From Octopus sinensis (taxonomy: Eukaryota): a stretch of DNA of 64,000 nucleotides. The stretch is from assembly GCF_006345805.1 (NCBI RefSeq), contig NC_043019.1, positions 15,437,360-15,501,359 of the forward strand, in the 5' to 3' direction. The position numbers and the translations under genes are program-made. Position 1 is the stretch's first letter. The number at the start of each line of letters is the position of its first letter. Under the pieces are notes generated by a model. The model was not told where the DNA came from, made no database searches, and saw only the letters and a list, made by a program, of their open reading frames with translations. This document shows positions 48,375-62,108 of the stretch, piece after piece.

Positions 48375-51309
48375 TATATATATATATACACACATACATA
48401 CACACACACACACACATCATACATATATATATCATATATATAATAACATGCATACACATATAAAAATTAAAAAAGAATGCACACATAGGCATCGATGTTG
48501 GAGGCAAGTAGAAAAAAAAAATGAACAAAACTTAACATTATTATTATTATTATTTGTGGTTTTGTGCCTATGTTAGAAATAATTATCATCATCATCATCA
48601 CCAGGCTAATTCAATAAACAGCTACTGGCTGTAGAAACCAGCTGAAAAATATAAAAAAAAAAAAGAGGGGAAGTAGAACTGTTCAGTGTGTGGAGGTGGG
48701 TGGCATGTTTTTTTTTCACAGATTAGGAAAAAAAAAAAAAAGCACTCAGTACACACTGTAAAGTGGTTGGTTTTAGAAAGGGCATCACATCTGTAGAAAC
48801 TATGTCAAAGCAGACACTGGAGTATGACACAGTCCACTGGCCTGTTGGATTGTCAAATCATCCTAACCATTCCAGCATGGAAGACTGATGTTAAGTGATT
48901 TCATATATGATGAGTTTCATGTAAACTTCCAGCTACCAAATTCCACTGATAACACACTGAAACAGCTTGAGGCTACTGCAGAAGTCACTTGTTCATGGTG
49001 CCACATAGACACGAAGCAATACAGTTGGAATGAGAACAGCTTAACCAGACATCACTGTGCCTATAGGGTATAAAATTTACTTAGGCTCAGCAAAAATCAG
49101 ATACCTTCTCAGTACCTAAATCTTCATGTGGACAGAAAAAGTAGGCTGCAATCAGTCAGAGAATTCCGATTTAGGTTGAATGATCACAACAGTTTGTTTG
49201 TTTTTGTTTAAGGACTGACATGGTCTCTGATTCTGACAGGCCATAGGCATCAGAAATTACAAGGCATAAACAGCATGGGGAAATTGTCAAGAAATTCCAA
49301 GAAGAAAACACAGTAAGCTTAATTCTGGCATTTGAGAAAGTGAATGAAATCTTTTCATTCTCTCTGCAATTCTTTCTGCTATAGGTACAAGGTCTAAAAT
49401 GAGGAGTTAAGATGATCACACCGACCTCAGTGCTTAACTGGCACCTATTTTATCAACCCTAAAAGAATGAAAGGTAAAGTTGATGTCGGTGGTATTTGAA
49501 CACAGTAAAGAGCTGAAAGAAACGCTACTATGCATTTTGTCCATTATGCTAACGATTTAGCATCTAACCACCTTAATAACAACAAAGCCAACTCTTTACA
49601 ACCACATCTCCAAATACTTGTTTTACTCTATTTTTTTGTCATGGGGAGAAGTTGAAGAACAACTATTTCCCCCACTCACCAAGTTATCTGACAGGGTAGA
49701 TGCTGTCAAATTTTACTGACACTTAAATGAGAGGATACAGTACACCTCTACAGTGGGATATGAACTTAGAACATCACTAAATACAGTGTAAAAGACATCT
49801 GACATTTACATTAGATGCTCTATCAATTCTGTCCATTCACTGAGCCCCTTCAGTAGGAATAATGCCCTCTTTTTTTTCCCCCCAATAACCACAACAGTTT
49901 TGAACCCAGAATGCATATCTCAATAGAGCATTTAGCTCAGCACTCCACTCATTCCAATCCACTACCAGGTTAGGATAATAACAACAACAATTTCCAAGAA
50001 GATAGGCACAAGGCCAGACATTTTTTTTTATGGGGAGGGAGTGGTCAAATAGTTTGACCATGCTCCCGGAAGGATGAAAGGCAAAGTCGACCTCAGTGGA
50101 ATTTGAACAATAATAATAATAATAATAATAATTTCTAACATTAGCACAAGGCCACACACATTTTTGGTTAAGAGGTGGGGGAGGGAGAGAGGGATTGTCG
50201 ATTCCATCAGTATCTCACTGGTAGTTCATTTAATCGACTCCTCTTGCCATACCCCCCTACCTCCTGAGATAGGATGAAAGGCAAAGTCGACCTTGCTAAG
50301 ACTGAAACAATAATAATAATTTTAATAATATCAATTGATACGTTAGCCTTGATAATTCAGAAGAAACAATACAGCAAAGCAAATAGAATTTAACGGATGA
50401 ACTGTAAAGATAAAAAGATAATAATAATAATAATAATAAATCAAGCTGTTGTACAAGATGTTTAGGTTTATAAAGTTACAACTATGCGATGAAAGATTAG
50501 AGATTGATTTATAATACAAGACAGGGTAAAAACAGTTATTTACACACCAATTCCAGGAAAAAGATTTCATTGCCTAGATGAGGTGGGGGAGGGACAAGAG
50601 TGTGAAGGCGAAAGCAAAAAGAGTAAGAGAGATAAATCAATAGCCAGACAGACAGATAGATGGATAGATAGATAGATAGATAGAATATTTCTAAGTTTGA
50701 GATCTGCAATATCACTAAATACCAGCAAAACAAAACAGAAAGAAAAAAACTCACAATTCTCACAAGATGAAATTCTAATCTCAACTTTTTGAAGTTGCTT
50801 GCCTTGTTTATATATTTTTTGTTTTGAATTATATAATACATTTTAATTTTTTTTTATATTTCTTGTCAATTTTTATAAGTAGCAGCATTTTTTTAAACAT
50901 AAAAAATTGATTGAAAAAATAAATATATATACATGTATATATATATATATATATTTATTTATTTATATTTATGCATTTATGCATCTTTTAATGACAATTG
51001 TCGAAAACAAGAAAAAGAAAAATTATAGACCTCAAATACAAAATTATCAACACAACTGGGATTTTCTGAGAAATCAAATTTTTTATAAATTCAAAGTAAA
51101 CATTGAAATTTCAATTAGTTTAAATAATATTTTTAAGTACTGAGTCACTTTTAAACCTGAAATTATTGAAACTAACCAATGCAAGCTCCTGATCTTTTCT
51201 TTATGACTGGGAACAAAATACAACACAATTTCACTTCTTTTTTTTTTTACAACTTCACTCACTTTTACACAGCCATTATCTGAAAATTATTTGGCAAAAA
51301 ACTGTGTCT

Positions 51310-51713
51310 ATGTACATGTGATATATACATACTTATGTGTGTATACACACACATACATGTGTATACATATATACATACATATGTATCTGTATACACACAC
51401 ACATATACATATATGTATATATATATACATATGTATCGGTATACACACACACACATACCTACATACATACACATACATATACATACATACATATATATAC
51501 ATACATACATACACATACATATATACATACATACATATACATACATACATACATACATATACATATATACATACATACATACATATACATACATACATAC
51601 ATATACATACATACATATACATACATATATATACATACATACATACATATACATACATACATACATATACATATATATACATACATACATACATATACAT
51701 ACATACATACATA

Positions 51714-51745
<32 letters not shown>

Positions 51746-52215
51746 CATACATACATATATATACATACATACATATACATACATACATATACATACATAC
51801 ATATACATACATACATATACATACATACATATACATACATACATATACATACATACATACATACATATACATACATACATACATACATATACATACATAC
51901 ATACATACATATATATACATACATACATATATATACATACATACATATATATACATACATACATATACATACATACATACATATACATACATACATACAT
52001 ATATATATACACATACACATACATATATATATACATATATATACATACATATATATATACATATATATACATATATATATACATACATATATATATACAT
52101 ATATATACATACATATATATATACATACATATATATATACATACATATACATACATATATATACATACATACATATATATACACACACACGCACACACAT
52201 ACATGCATACACACA
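51310..52215. repeat. ~900-bp (ATAC)n/(AT)n compound microsatellite
   Basis: Direct inspection; explains the 250-320 aa Y/I/H/T and C/M/Y/V ORFs. Confidence 0.97.
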
Positions 52216-53288
52216 CGGAATTTCAATTTAGAAATACAAGAAAATATAAAACTTAAAGCCTACAAAAGAGAGGAAAAAACAGTATCCAAATGATGGAGGG
52301 AAGCCTGCAGTAGCTTACAAGTGAAAAATTTCATATACACACATGTATGTGTATGTATGTATATAGGTGTGTGTAGGAGAGATAGAAGCAGCATCGAGTT
52401 ATTCCTACTCATTGAAGATTTATTAATGATCCTTTCAAATTTTGGCACAGAGCCAGCAGTTTTAAGGGGATGGGTTAGGTGATTACGTCAACCCCAGGAC
52501 TTGGCTGGTACTTGTTTCATTGACCCCAAAAAGATGAAAGGCAAAGTTGACCTAGGTGGGATCTGAACTCTGAACTTAACCAGAAGAAATGCTATTAAAC
52601 ATGTTCTTCAACGCTCTAACAACTCACCAACTTAATACTTTTGAGAGAACTTCCCAAACTTTTTTCTATTTTTGGTGGGTGAAGAGGCTGAGTTGTTTTA
52701 AATCAGCTCTAGGACTTAATTGTTACCACTTTAATCAACTGATCCCAAAAGGATAAGAGGCAAAGCAAATTCTGCTACAATTTGAACACAGAAATTGAAG
52801 ACGGGCAACTAAAAAACAAACAAACAAACAAAACCTGGAAGCCATTTAGCCTGACCATTCCACTGATTCTGCTAATCCACTGCCCTTATATCTGATAGTA
52901 AGCTGACAAAATGCTTTTACAACAGTTTCTATCCCCATCAAAAGTGTTTCACTATAACCAAAAAACAAATAAAAACAATAAAAGAAAACAAACAAAACAA
53001 ACATTCAGGTAAGCATTTGTTTATAACATTTTTTCATCTCACACCCACCACATTTATACACACACATAACGTGTTTGTTATATATAAACATACACATTTG
53101 ATTTACAAACGAGGATTATGTACTCAATACATAAAGTAGAGTTTATGTATTTCTATTTGAAGTTGTGTAGTCCCTTCACAGCTTCAGTAAAGATATATAT
53201 TATACATATATAATATATATTACACACAAGAAATAATATATATTAAACAAATGTAATAATATATGTTATACACATATAATAATATATA

Positions 53289-53781
53289 CGAGGGGGTGTT
53301 GAAAAGGTCCTGGATTTAAGGGTACTGTGAAAGGGTAGAGCAGATACCTTTACAGGGGAAGTAGAACAACGATTTAGAAGATAGCAAAAAATCATGATGG
53401 TATACAATATATCTGTTTTTTTAACTATCAATGTATGATGGCAGCTCCTACAGAGGATTTTGGTACGATTGAAGCATAGGCAGTCATGAAGTTCCTCATT
53501 TTGCAAAGCAAAGGAACGGCGGAAACCTGTGGTGAGATGAAGAAAGTCTTGAAAGATGCCCATCTTACTCCACAGTTAAGATCTGGGTGTTAAGGTTTCC
53601 GACCAGTCATTTCGAAGTCATATATGAACCCTCATCTGGATGGCCAACTTCTGTGGCTACAGAGGACAAAGCCTTCAGAGGCCTGGTGGGAGGCCCAACC
53701 TTGAGTTCTTTTTATAGGGCTTAGAAAAACTGAGAGACCACTGCATATACCCAGAGCCAGGAATATTTCAGCACCCCCTTG
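53289..53781 (+). mobile_element. internally deleted mariner element
   Basis: TA-flanked imperfect TIRs (CGAGGGGGTGTTGAAAAGGTCCTGG; right end reverse complement CAAGGGGGTGCTGAAATATTCCTGG). Remnant of the transposase N-terminus (MKFLILQ...SYSTVKIWV...EPSSGWP). Confidence 0.8.
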
Positions 53782-54611
53782 TACTACACATGTATATGTT
53801 GTACATATATATAATATATATCATATACATGTAATAGTTACATATATAATATGTAATATTATATGTTATACATACACAATATACATCACACATGTATAAT
53901 ACATATATAATATCATATATATATTGTTAGTCTATTTTATGGTGCAAATAAAATGCAAACGGGATTAATGTGACGGAACTGTGTAAAGACTGATACATAT
54001 ATACATACACAAACACACACATGTATGTATGTGACTATGTTTATCAAATGTAAATTAAACAGAAAATTACATTTTTATACATTATCCTCAACAAAGCTTT
54101 GGACAATCAATATCTTGGCCAACTGTATGTTTGTTTGTGTGTGTGTGTGTGTGTTTTTATCACTGACATTGAGAAGTAAACATTTTTCTTAATCAGTTAA
54201 TGTGAAGCATAGTCAGCTAAAGGAATGACTTGAACAAAATCTTGATTCAGATAATATGTAAATCATATTTAATTTACATTTGACAAACATTAGGTGTATA
54301 CACACACACACATATATATATACACACACATACACATATATATTTGTACACACAAATTTGGCCCTAATCACTTATGGTAGGTATTTTCAACCAAAGTAGC
54401 CATAAATGTAGTGTGCGTGCGTGCGTGCGTGTGTGTACGTACATGTTTATAGTGACAGCAGAGTATCATCCTCATTTGTAAACATTAATTAGAAGGGGTC
54501 TTGAATAATTAATTATGCATATATTTTTCCAAATTGACAGAGTTCAAATATAGCGCGCACACGCACACACACACACACAAGGAAGGGGGAGGAAGCAGAG
54601 AAGAGAAAGGG

Positions 54612-54857
54612 GGAGGATTTACTTAGAGCAAGAGACGGAGAGGGAGGGGGAGAAGAAATATCATCAACAAATAAAACTTGAGAGAAATTCGTTAAAAAGA
54701 ACCTGGAAGTAATTTTTTTTTGTTTTAACTTTTCCACCCATGCTTTTTTTTGGTGTGTGGTTTCATATTTTCATTCCTTGTTTTCGTTCACACCTTGAAA
54801 AACGGAAACTTTGTGTTTTTCAACATTTTTAGTTTTGTGTTTTTTCCTTCTTTTCTT
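54612..54857. repeat. 246-bp direct repeat, copy 1 (downstream of the Rac stop codon)
   Basis: Identical to 56102..56347 except for 3 substitutions. Confidence 0.95.
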
Positions 54858-55006
54858 TTCCTTTATTTCGTCTCTTTTTGTTTGTTTATTTGTTAACTTT
54901 TAAAATTTTTTTGTTTTTTTTAAGGGGGTTTTTATGTTTTCCGCAAGGCAATACTTTCTCAAGTGACATTTTTTTAATATTTATTTATTTATATATATAT
55001 ACATAC

Positions 55007-55041
<35 letters not shown>

Positions 55042-55048
55042 TTTATAC

Positions 55049-55080
<32 letters not shown>

Positions 55081-55278
55081 TTATATATAGTAGGAATGGA
55101 AGCCAGAATGTCTTATGCTTTATTATTTTATACACAGATTGGAAAACTGTCAAGGACGTATGAGTGGCTGGTAAGATAAAAATGACAAAAAAAAAAAAAG
55201 GAAAACATACTTCACACCTGAACAGTGTCAAAGTAATTAGGAAGTTGGGGGAATAGGTAAAGGTAATTAAATTGCAAA

Positions 55279-55569
55279 TTAAAAAATCTTGCATTTGTGC
55301 CTTTTGCATGGTTTTGGCTTGGGACATAAAACAGCACGAATAGCTTCGTCAAAAACCATTTTGAGCCCTTTCTGCGTCAAAGCAGAGCATTCTAGATACT
55401 TTACTGCCGTGATTTCTTTAGCCATAGCAAGACCCTGAGGATAGGTAATTGGAGACAGTTTCTTCTCTCGCAGTTTCTCCACTGTTTCCTTGTCTTCTCT
55501 CAGGTCAAGTTTCGTGCCGACCAATATGATTGGTGTATTTGGACAATGATGGCCAACTTCAGGATACCA
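55279..55569 (-). CDS. Rac1: Rac family small GTPase, terminal coding exon (residues ~97-192)
   Basis: Encodes [27 protein letters not shown]...[39 protein letters not shown]. This is 96 aa, colinear with RAC1 W97-end, with G4 (TKLD), G5 (SAL) and a CaaX box. Acceptor tttctttcAG at 55571-70. Confidence 0.96.
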   Translation of the reverse strand, partial: WYPEVGHHCPNTPIILVGTKLDLREDKETVEKLREKKLSPITYPQGLAMAKEITAVKYLECSALTQKGLKMVFDEAIRAVLCPKPKPCKRHKCKIF

Positions 55570-55889
55570 CTGAAAGAAACAGAAATTGGAGACTTTAGAA
55601 AATATAAAGTTTAACACTTAAAATATCTTTTATGACTGTGACTAAGAAGGTCAGTTTTTGACAACACAATTTAATTCACAATGCTTAGGTTGAATCAAAG
55701 CAACATACTGGTTAGTTCACATTGCTCTGTAAGGAGCATATGGCCAGTTTCCCGGTTTCTCTGGCATATATATTCCTCCCTGGATGGGATGCCAGTCTAT
55801 CACAAGGTTACTCATTGAAAGCTGAGTGGATTGGTGCAGTGTCAGTGCAATACCCTAATCACTAGGCCATGCACCTTCACAAAGTCAAC

Positions 55890-58140
55890 ATATTAACCAT
55901 TCTAAAATATTTTTTTTACTATTTCTCTCTTCCTTCCTATTGCATATCTTGAGTAGCTAAATCTGGTAGATTTAATCTTTATCCAGGCCTTAGAACAATG
56001 GATTTCTTTCAGAGCAGGGGTTACCAACAAGATTCTTTTCACTGAGCACTTGGCAAATCTTGACTCAACAGCTACCATATCCTCTACATGCATCAAATAG
56101 AGGAGGATTTACTTAGAGCAAGAGACGGAGAGGGAGGGGGAGAAGAAATATCATCAACAAATAAAACTTGAGAGAAATTCGTTAAAAAGAACCTGGAAGT
56201 AATTTTTTTTTGTTTTAACTTTTCCACCCATGCTTTTTTTTGGTGTGTAGTTTCATATTTTCATTCCTTGTTTTCGTTCACACCTTGAAAAACTGAAACT
56301 TTGTGTTTTTCAACATTTTTAGTTTTGTGGTTTTTCCTTCTTTTCTTGTACCATAACAGTCTTTTCTCTTATACACCTCATCTGATTCCCTTTATATTTG
56401 CTTTTTCTCTCAACTCATTATTCATGCAGACTAACATCACACATCCTGTGAAGAATGCTTGCTTCAATTCTTTTTTTTTTTTTTTGTCTTTGTAAATCCT
56501 CTGCATTGCACTTCATACATAAGCACCATACAATCTGCCTTTCACTCTGAGAAAAGAAATCCTTTGTTGCCAGCAGAGGTAATAGCTTCCTGAATATTTT
56601 CCAGTGTGTTCTTACTCAAGCTGCTATGTTTCTAGAGCACCCTGCCCACAACAGTTAATTAGTTAGCAGAAACTTCTCAAGAACCACCTGGGTATTTGAG
56701 AAAATCTATTTCCACTCTCAACACTGGATACACCAAATAGAATTTCTATCTATACTTTTCCTGCATACCAGATACAGCCATTCCCTGGTGGTAGCAGAGT
56801 TCTATGTGCTTTGCTAAATTTACAATAAGGCCATTAATTATCAGGTTTTGTTTCCATATCTCAAATTTCTTCAACTCCTCTACAAAACCTGTCACAAAAG
56901 ATACGTTACCAACATAGAAGAGTCCCCTTAAATATCCAGAATTAAATTCTTCTATTACAGCTTAAAGAATCATAATAAACTGAAAGAGGCTGATAACTGA
57001 GCTCTAAGGGACCACCCCACATGGACACTAAATTAATGGAAGTCACTGTTGTCTCCCCTTGTTGACTGTACTTCTACATGACCTGCCCTGTATGGCCTTC
57101 ACAAATCATTCATCTATCCCTAGCTTTAGCAACCACCACATCAGAGCAAGGTACCCTGTTCAAAGCATTCTCCAGTTGTCTCATTAAGAATATGGCATCA
57201 GTAGTACCTCTTCCTGAGACAAATCCTAAATTGCATCTCATCTAGGCTCTATTCATAATCAATTTGTGATAACTGTTGCAGTAAACTTCAAAATCTTGCA
57301 CAACAATTTGATACCTCAGTAGTTTTCTGTCTATAGTTCATTTCCTTTACCCCGTAGCAGTTTATGGTGATGCTTCTAGGCCAGTCACTGGATATACAGA
57401 AACCTCCCAGAGAAATAATTAAAATCTTGAAAAATATAAATACCTATCGGCTGCAGAAACCCGCAATATACTGAGTCTGCAATATAAATTTACATATATT
57501 AGCCAGAAAAACCTGCGATGCACTGAGTGTGCAACAGGTGAACGATGTATGAGTGCACGACAGGTGAACAACGTACTGAGTGCACAATAGGTGAACTGCG
57601 ATATGGCAAGGGATTACTGTCACACCTTCTGCATCATTTGATCGACTATTTGTGTGACCAACTCATACCCTACTTTGTTAGATATTTTAAACTTCTCAGT
57701 CACTATCCTGTAGCCTTCCTTGCTTTCAACTTACAAGACTGGTCTCTGCTGGTTCACTTGGAGTAGACTCTCTCTCCCAAGTATTCTCCACATTCAACAG
57801 CCTCTTGTTCCATCAGTAAGAGAAACTGCACCATTAGTATTCCTTATACACACTTCTCCAACATAATGATTCTCTCTAGCATGGTGCCTGGCAATCTGGA
57901 ACACCATGTAACTGTCATCCTCAATTCTAAGAACATTGACAAAGTTTTTTTTACTTTCAGCTTATCCCCTTACTAAGCATACCTGACAACCAGCTTCTCT
58001 TCTACTTCTCTGATATTTTTTCTTTGCACTCTCCATTCTTGCAATCTTTTAAAGCCTGTCTCTTAGCCTTTGTGGCTCTGCTACAGAACCATTCTATCAC
58101 CATACTGAACTCAGAACAACCAAATATAAAGTATTTCATC
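55890..58140 (-). mobile_element. old degenerate RTE LINE in the last Rac intron
   Basis: Minus-strand remnants DEMQF-GFVSGRGTTDAIFLMRQL and KIFRKLLPLLATKG..RVKGRLYGAYV. Interrupted by the 56102..56347 insertion. Confidence 0.65.
56102..56347. repeat. 246-bp direct repeat, copy 2 (in the last Rac intron)
   Basis: Offset 1490 bp from copy 1; interrupts an RTE remnant. Confidence 0.95.
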
Positions 58141-58641
58141 TAATGCTACTAATTTTACCAGCCACACACCCACCCACCAACAGGAAATTATGTATGTGTT
58201 TACATAAGAATTTAGAAACTGCTAGACCAGTGGTTCCCATCCTGGGGTCTGCAAGGGTAGTACTGGGGACCCATGAACTAGATTCAAAATTTCATATATA
58301 TATATATATATACACACATAAGGATATTAAAAGGAGTCCATGGGAAAACTTATTTAAATAGAAGGGTTGGGAACCACTGTTCTAGACACATGAAATAAAT
58401 GATTTTAACAGAACTCAAATTAGATAAAACTATAAATAATAGCTTGTAAATATTGGGTTTAAAAAGAGACCTTGGGTGGGAAAAGTTGAAGGCTGCCTTA
58501 TCCCGGGGGGTTTTAAACCCAATACTTACATGCTATTATCTATAGTGTTATCTAGTCTGAGTTCCATTGAAAACGAATTCTTTTTATGGATTTCTGTATA
58601 TGTATTTATATTTGACATTTAGATAGAATAAAAATTCTTTA

Positions 58642-58740
<99 letters not shown>

Positions 58741-59964
58741 TTATTTCAGAAATTTTGTAATACAATAAAGTAAGATACATATTTTAGTTACAAATGACAG
58801 ACAGGATGAATGGAAACAAAATGGATGTTTCTTTAAAAAAAAAAAAGAACTCCATTATATCACTGTTTCTGTTTACTGATTCCACTCAGAGAAGCACTGG
58901 TTGGATTGGGCTATGACAGGAGATATTTGCTCAGGGTACCACAAAGTAGGACTTAATAAGAAGCCATGTGGTCATGAAACCAACTGCTTAGGTGTATCTT
59001 GTATAAAAACCGAAGGTGATAAAAGGCAACACAGGAATATTATTTGTAAAAACTGAACAATAAAAACAGTCAAAGGGAGGTGATGATAAAGTTGACTGAA
59101 GTGTTTTATCTGAAACAAACAGTTTACTCTATCTCCATAGGATACTAACATCTCTCTCGATGGGTTTCAGTTTGCTACAGTGGCACACACTGTAAATAGT
59201 CTTGCTATAATAATGATACCAATTTTACAAAATAACTTTCCTTCACCACAGTTTTATTTTTCCCCCACTGTGTAGAATTAAATTTAACTGATTCCAAAAC
59301 TATTTGCTTTCTCTATCATCAACAACAACAACAGAATAATGCTCATAATTCCAATTTTGTTACGCTTAGTGAATAGCCTGTTTGCCCACATAGGTGAAAC
59401 CATATGTTTATAGATCTAAAAATCATACTTTCTCTCTTTCTCAGAATTGGCAAGCATAAAATCCAAACCTTAGTCAGATATATTGCTTCAAAGGTACCAA
59501 ACAAACACCACATAAAATTATGAAAGGTGCAAAATTCTAGAAAGTATATAGATTGTATTTCAAATGTGTATTGGTGACCAAGCCCTAAGCACTTTATGTA
59601 ATATGTGAAAGTAGCTGATCTAATTCAAGAAGGATGGTTAATCAGTGTGAAAAGAGCTATGCTCTTTGCTAGTCCCAGAATATGGGAAGAAAACCAAATA
59701 GTCACCATGATGACTACTATTTCTGCATGCTTGATGATGACGAACTCTCCAGTATCTATACAAGCTGCCTTGTACAGCACCTGTTTCTTGTGATGTCACC
59801 AATGTCATAACTATCAGCAAATTGCAGAGGATATTCAAAGACTAAAGAAATTAAACAAGCATAATCCATTGGATATGTTAAAGTGCATGAATGATAGAGT
59901 ATAAACGATGGAGACAAAAGCTAGATATAAGAGGAATCAGATGCCTACAAGAGAGCAGATTGTG

Positions 59965-60730
59965 ATAACATGGGCCGTGACTGCTGAGGACATGTGTAAG
60001 CTTGCAAGGAATGAAGCCAGTATGCTCCACTGGGTAATGTCAGAGTGCATACACGACAGAATGTAAGCACCCTGAGAGAAAAGTTGGATTTAAGAAGCAT
60101 CAGATGTGGTGTGCAAGAGAGACGACTGCACTGGTATGGTCACGTGTTGCAAATGAATGAGGACAGTTGTGTGAAAAAGTGTCACACCCTAGCAGTTGAG
60201 GGAACCTGTGGAAGAGGCAGACTCAGGAAAACCTGGAATGAGGTGATGAAGCACGACCTTCGAACATTGGGTTTTACCAAGGCAATGACTAGTGACCGAG
60301 ACCTTTGGAGATATGCTGTGCTTGAGAAGACCTAACAAGCCAAGTGAGACCATAGTTCATGGCCTATGCCAGTGGGTGTAACCAGCCCATTTATGAATAC
60401 CCCTTATTCATTGGACAATAAACCTTGCTTGTGAAGACATTGAGGCAAGTGAAATCAAAATTGCTGATGTGGCTGATGACAGTACCGCCTGATTGGCACT
60501 CATGCCAGTGGAATGTTAAAAGCACATCCGAGCGTGATCATTGCCAGGGCCACGGCTTGGCTCCTGTACCGGTGACGTGAAAAGCACCATTCAAATGTGA
60601 TCATTGCCAGCGTCGCTTTACCAGCACATGCTGGTGGTACATGAAAAACAACATTCAAGCATGGTCGTTGCCAGTGCCGCTGGACTGGCTCCCGTGCAGG
60701 TAGCACGTAAAAGCATCTTTTGAGTGTGGT
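59965..60730 (+). mobile_element. RTE-clade LINE 3' fragment (antisense within a Rac intron)
   Basis: ORF 60045..60335 (LREKLDLRSIRCGVQERRLHWYGHV...GRGRLRKTWNEV) plus UTR subrepeats. Confidence 0.85.
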
Positions 60731-60739
60731 CATTGTAAT

Positions 60740-61030
60740 CCTTTATAATCTCTTCCCTTTGCCAAGTTTGATGCCTGTTGAGGTCCTCTTCAGGTTTCTT
60801 TTACTTAGAACTTACTATGCTTCAGAGCACAATTTCTTCCAACACTAATGAAGCCACTCAGGTAACAGAAGCTTTCCATTGACAGCTTATCATAAACTCT
60901 TCTGCTATGGCCTCGAAGACTACAATAAATGGGAAGGAACTGAGAATTGAGCCCTGATGGACGCTTACATGCATGCTTCATTCCACGCTCTTAATTGACA
61001 CTTTGGCAACATCTCTGTACATGTGTGAAT
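60740..61030 (-). mobile_element. RTE reverse-transcriptase fragment
   Basis: Minus strand encodes MYRD...VSVHQGSILSSFPFIVVFEAI, the RT GVHQGSxLSP motif. Confidence 0.6.
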
Positions 61031-61814
61031 GTGTCTATTTCTGTCCCCTTGAGGTAACATCATGATAGTTGTAAATGAGAGTTATTGTTACACAGGTAAT
61101 GTCATTGGTTTCCAATCTTGTGAAAAGCATGTCTGGCCATTACTTATGGTCATAAAAAAATTCTGCCTCAATGAATCCTGCCTAACCCGTGCAAGCATAG
61201 AAAGGTGAGTATTAAACAAAAAAAAGTGGAGGACAGCAAGGAGTGCACAACAGCAGTGCATGTACACACACACACACACACAAGGCTTTTAAAGCCTGTC
61301 AGACAAAATTAACTAAACACTGGTACAATTGAGATTGCAAGCAATCTGAGCCTAAAGGCCATGGATTACAGCGTGTGTGTGTTCACATATAGTATTATAC
61401 ACATCAGTCAATGGGTGCTGCATTTACTGGGAACAAAGCCATCAGTTTAAACTGTTCTACCTAAATACAGCAGCCACAGTTCCTATATCATGTTAAATGT
61501 TGAGAGGATCTTCCTGTGTACAAACAACAACATTCCTCAACATAGATGGGATGGTCACAACAAGGAAGCTAATTCTAGACAATAACACAATACAACATTG
61601 CCCCAGGCTGCTAAACCTTCCAATACATTCTTAACCTGATTGGTTACTTATTTTTTAACCCTTTTGACCAACCTACCTGAAATAGCCTGTGATTCTATGA
61701 TGAAAGTTTCCTAAGTGTTTGTAACATTTCCAAATTTTCATGTTAGTATGTCTTCCAAACACTAACTTTATGTGTATAAGTTTATTAAACTTTTCTTTAT
61801 TTTTATCTTGTATA

Positions 61815-62108
61815 TGTTTTAGTCATTAGAGTACAGCCATGCTGGGGCATCATCTTGAATTTTTAGACAAACGAATCAACCCCTGTACATTTTTTTTTTA
61901 TTCTATCTGTCTCCTTTGCTGAACCAGGAAGTTACAGACATAAACAGACACACACACCAGGCTTCTTTCATTTTCTGTCTGTCAAATCCACTCTTAGAGC
62001 TTTGGTTGGCCCAAGGCTATAGCAAAAGACACTTGCTGAATGTGTCACACAGTGGAACTGAAACCAGAACCATGTGGTTGGGAAGCAAACTTCTTACCAC
62101 AGCCATGC
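61815..62108 (-). mobile_element. SINE family A
   Basis: Reverse complement of the family. Confidence 0.7.

Noticed and set aside
48903-48960. ATGATGA...CTGA resembling a C/D box snoRNA
   Set aside because: It spans the junction of an RTE tail and a reversed SINE fragment and has no terminal stem.
51265-52293. 250-320 aa ORFs on both strands
   Set aside because: Pure (ATAC)n/(AT)n microsatellite that lacks stop codons by composition. The same applies to the ORFs at 8.6-10.3, 26.6, 34.0 and 36.8 kb.
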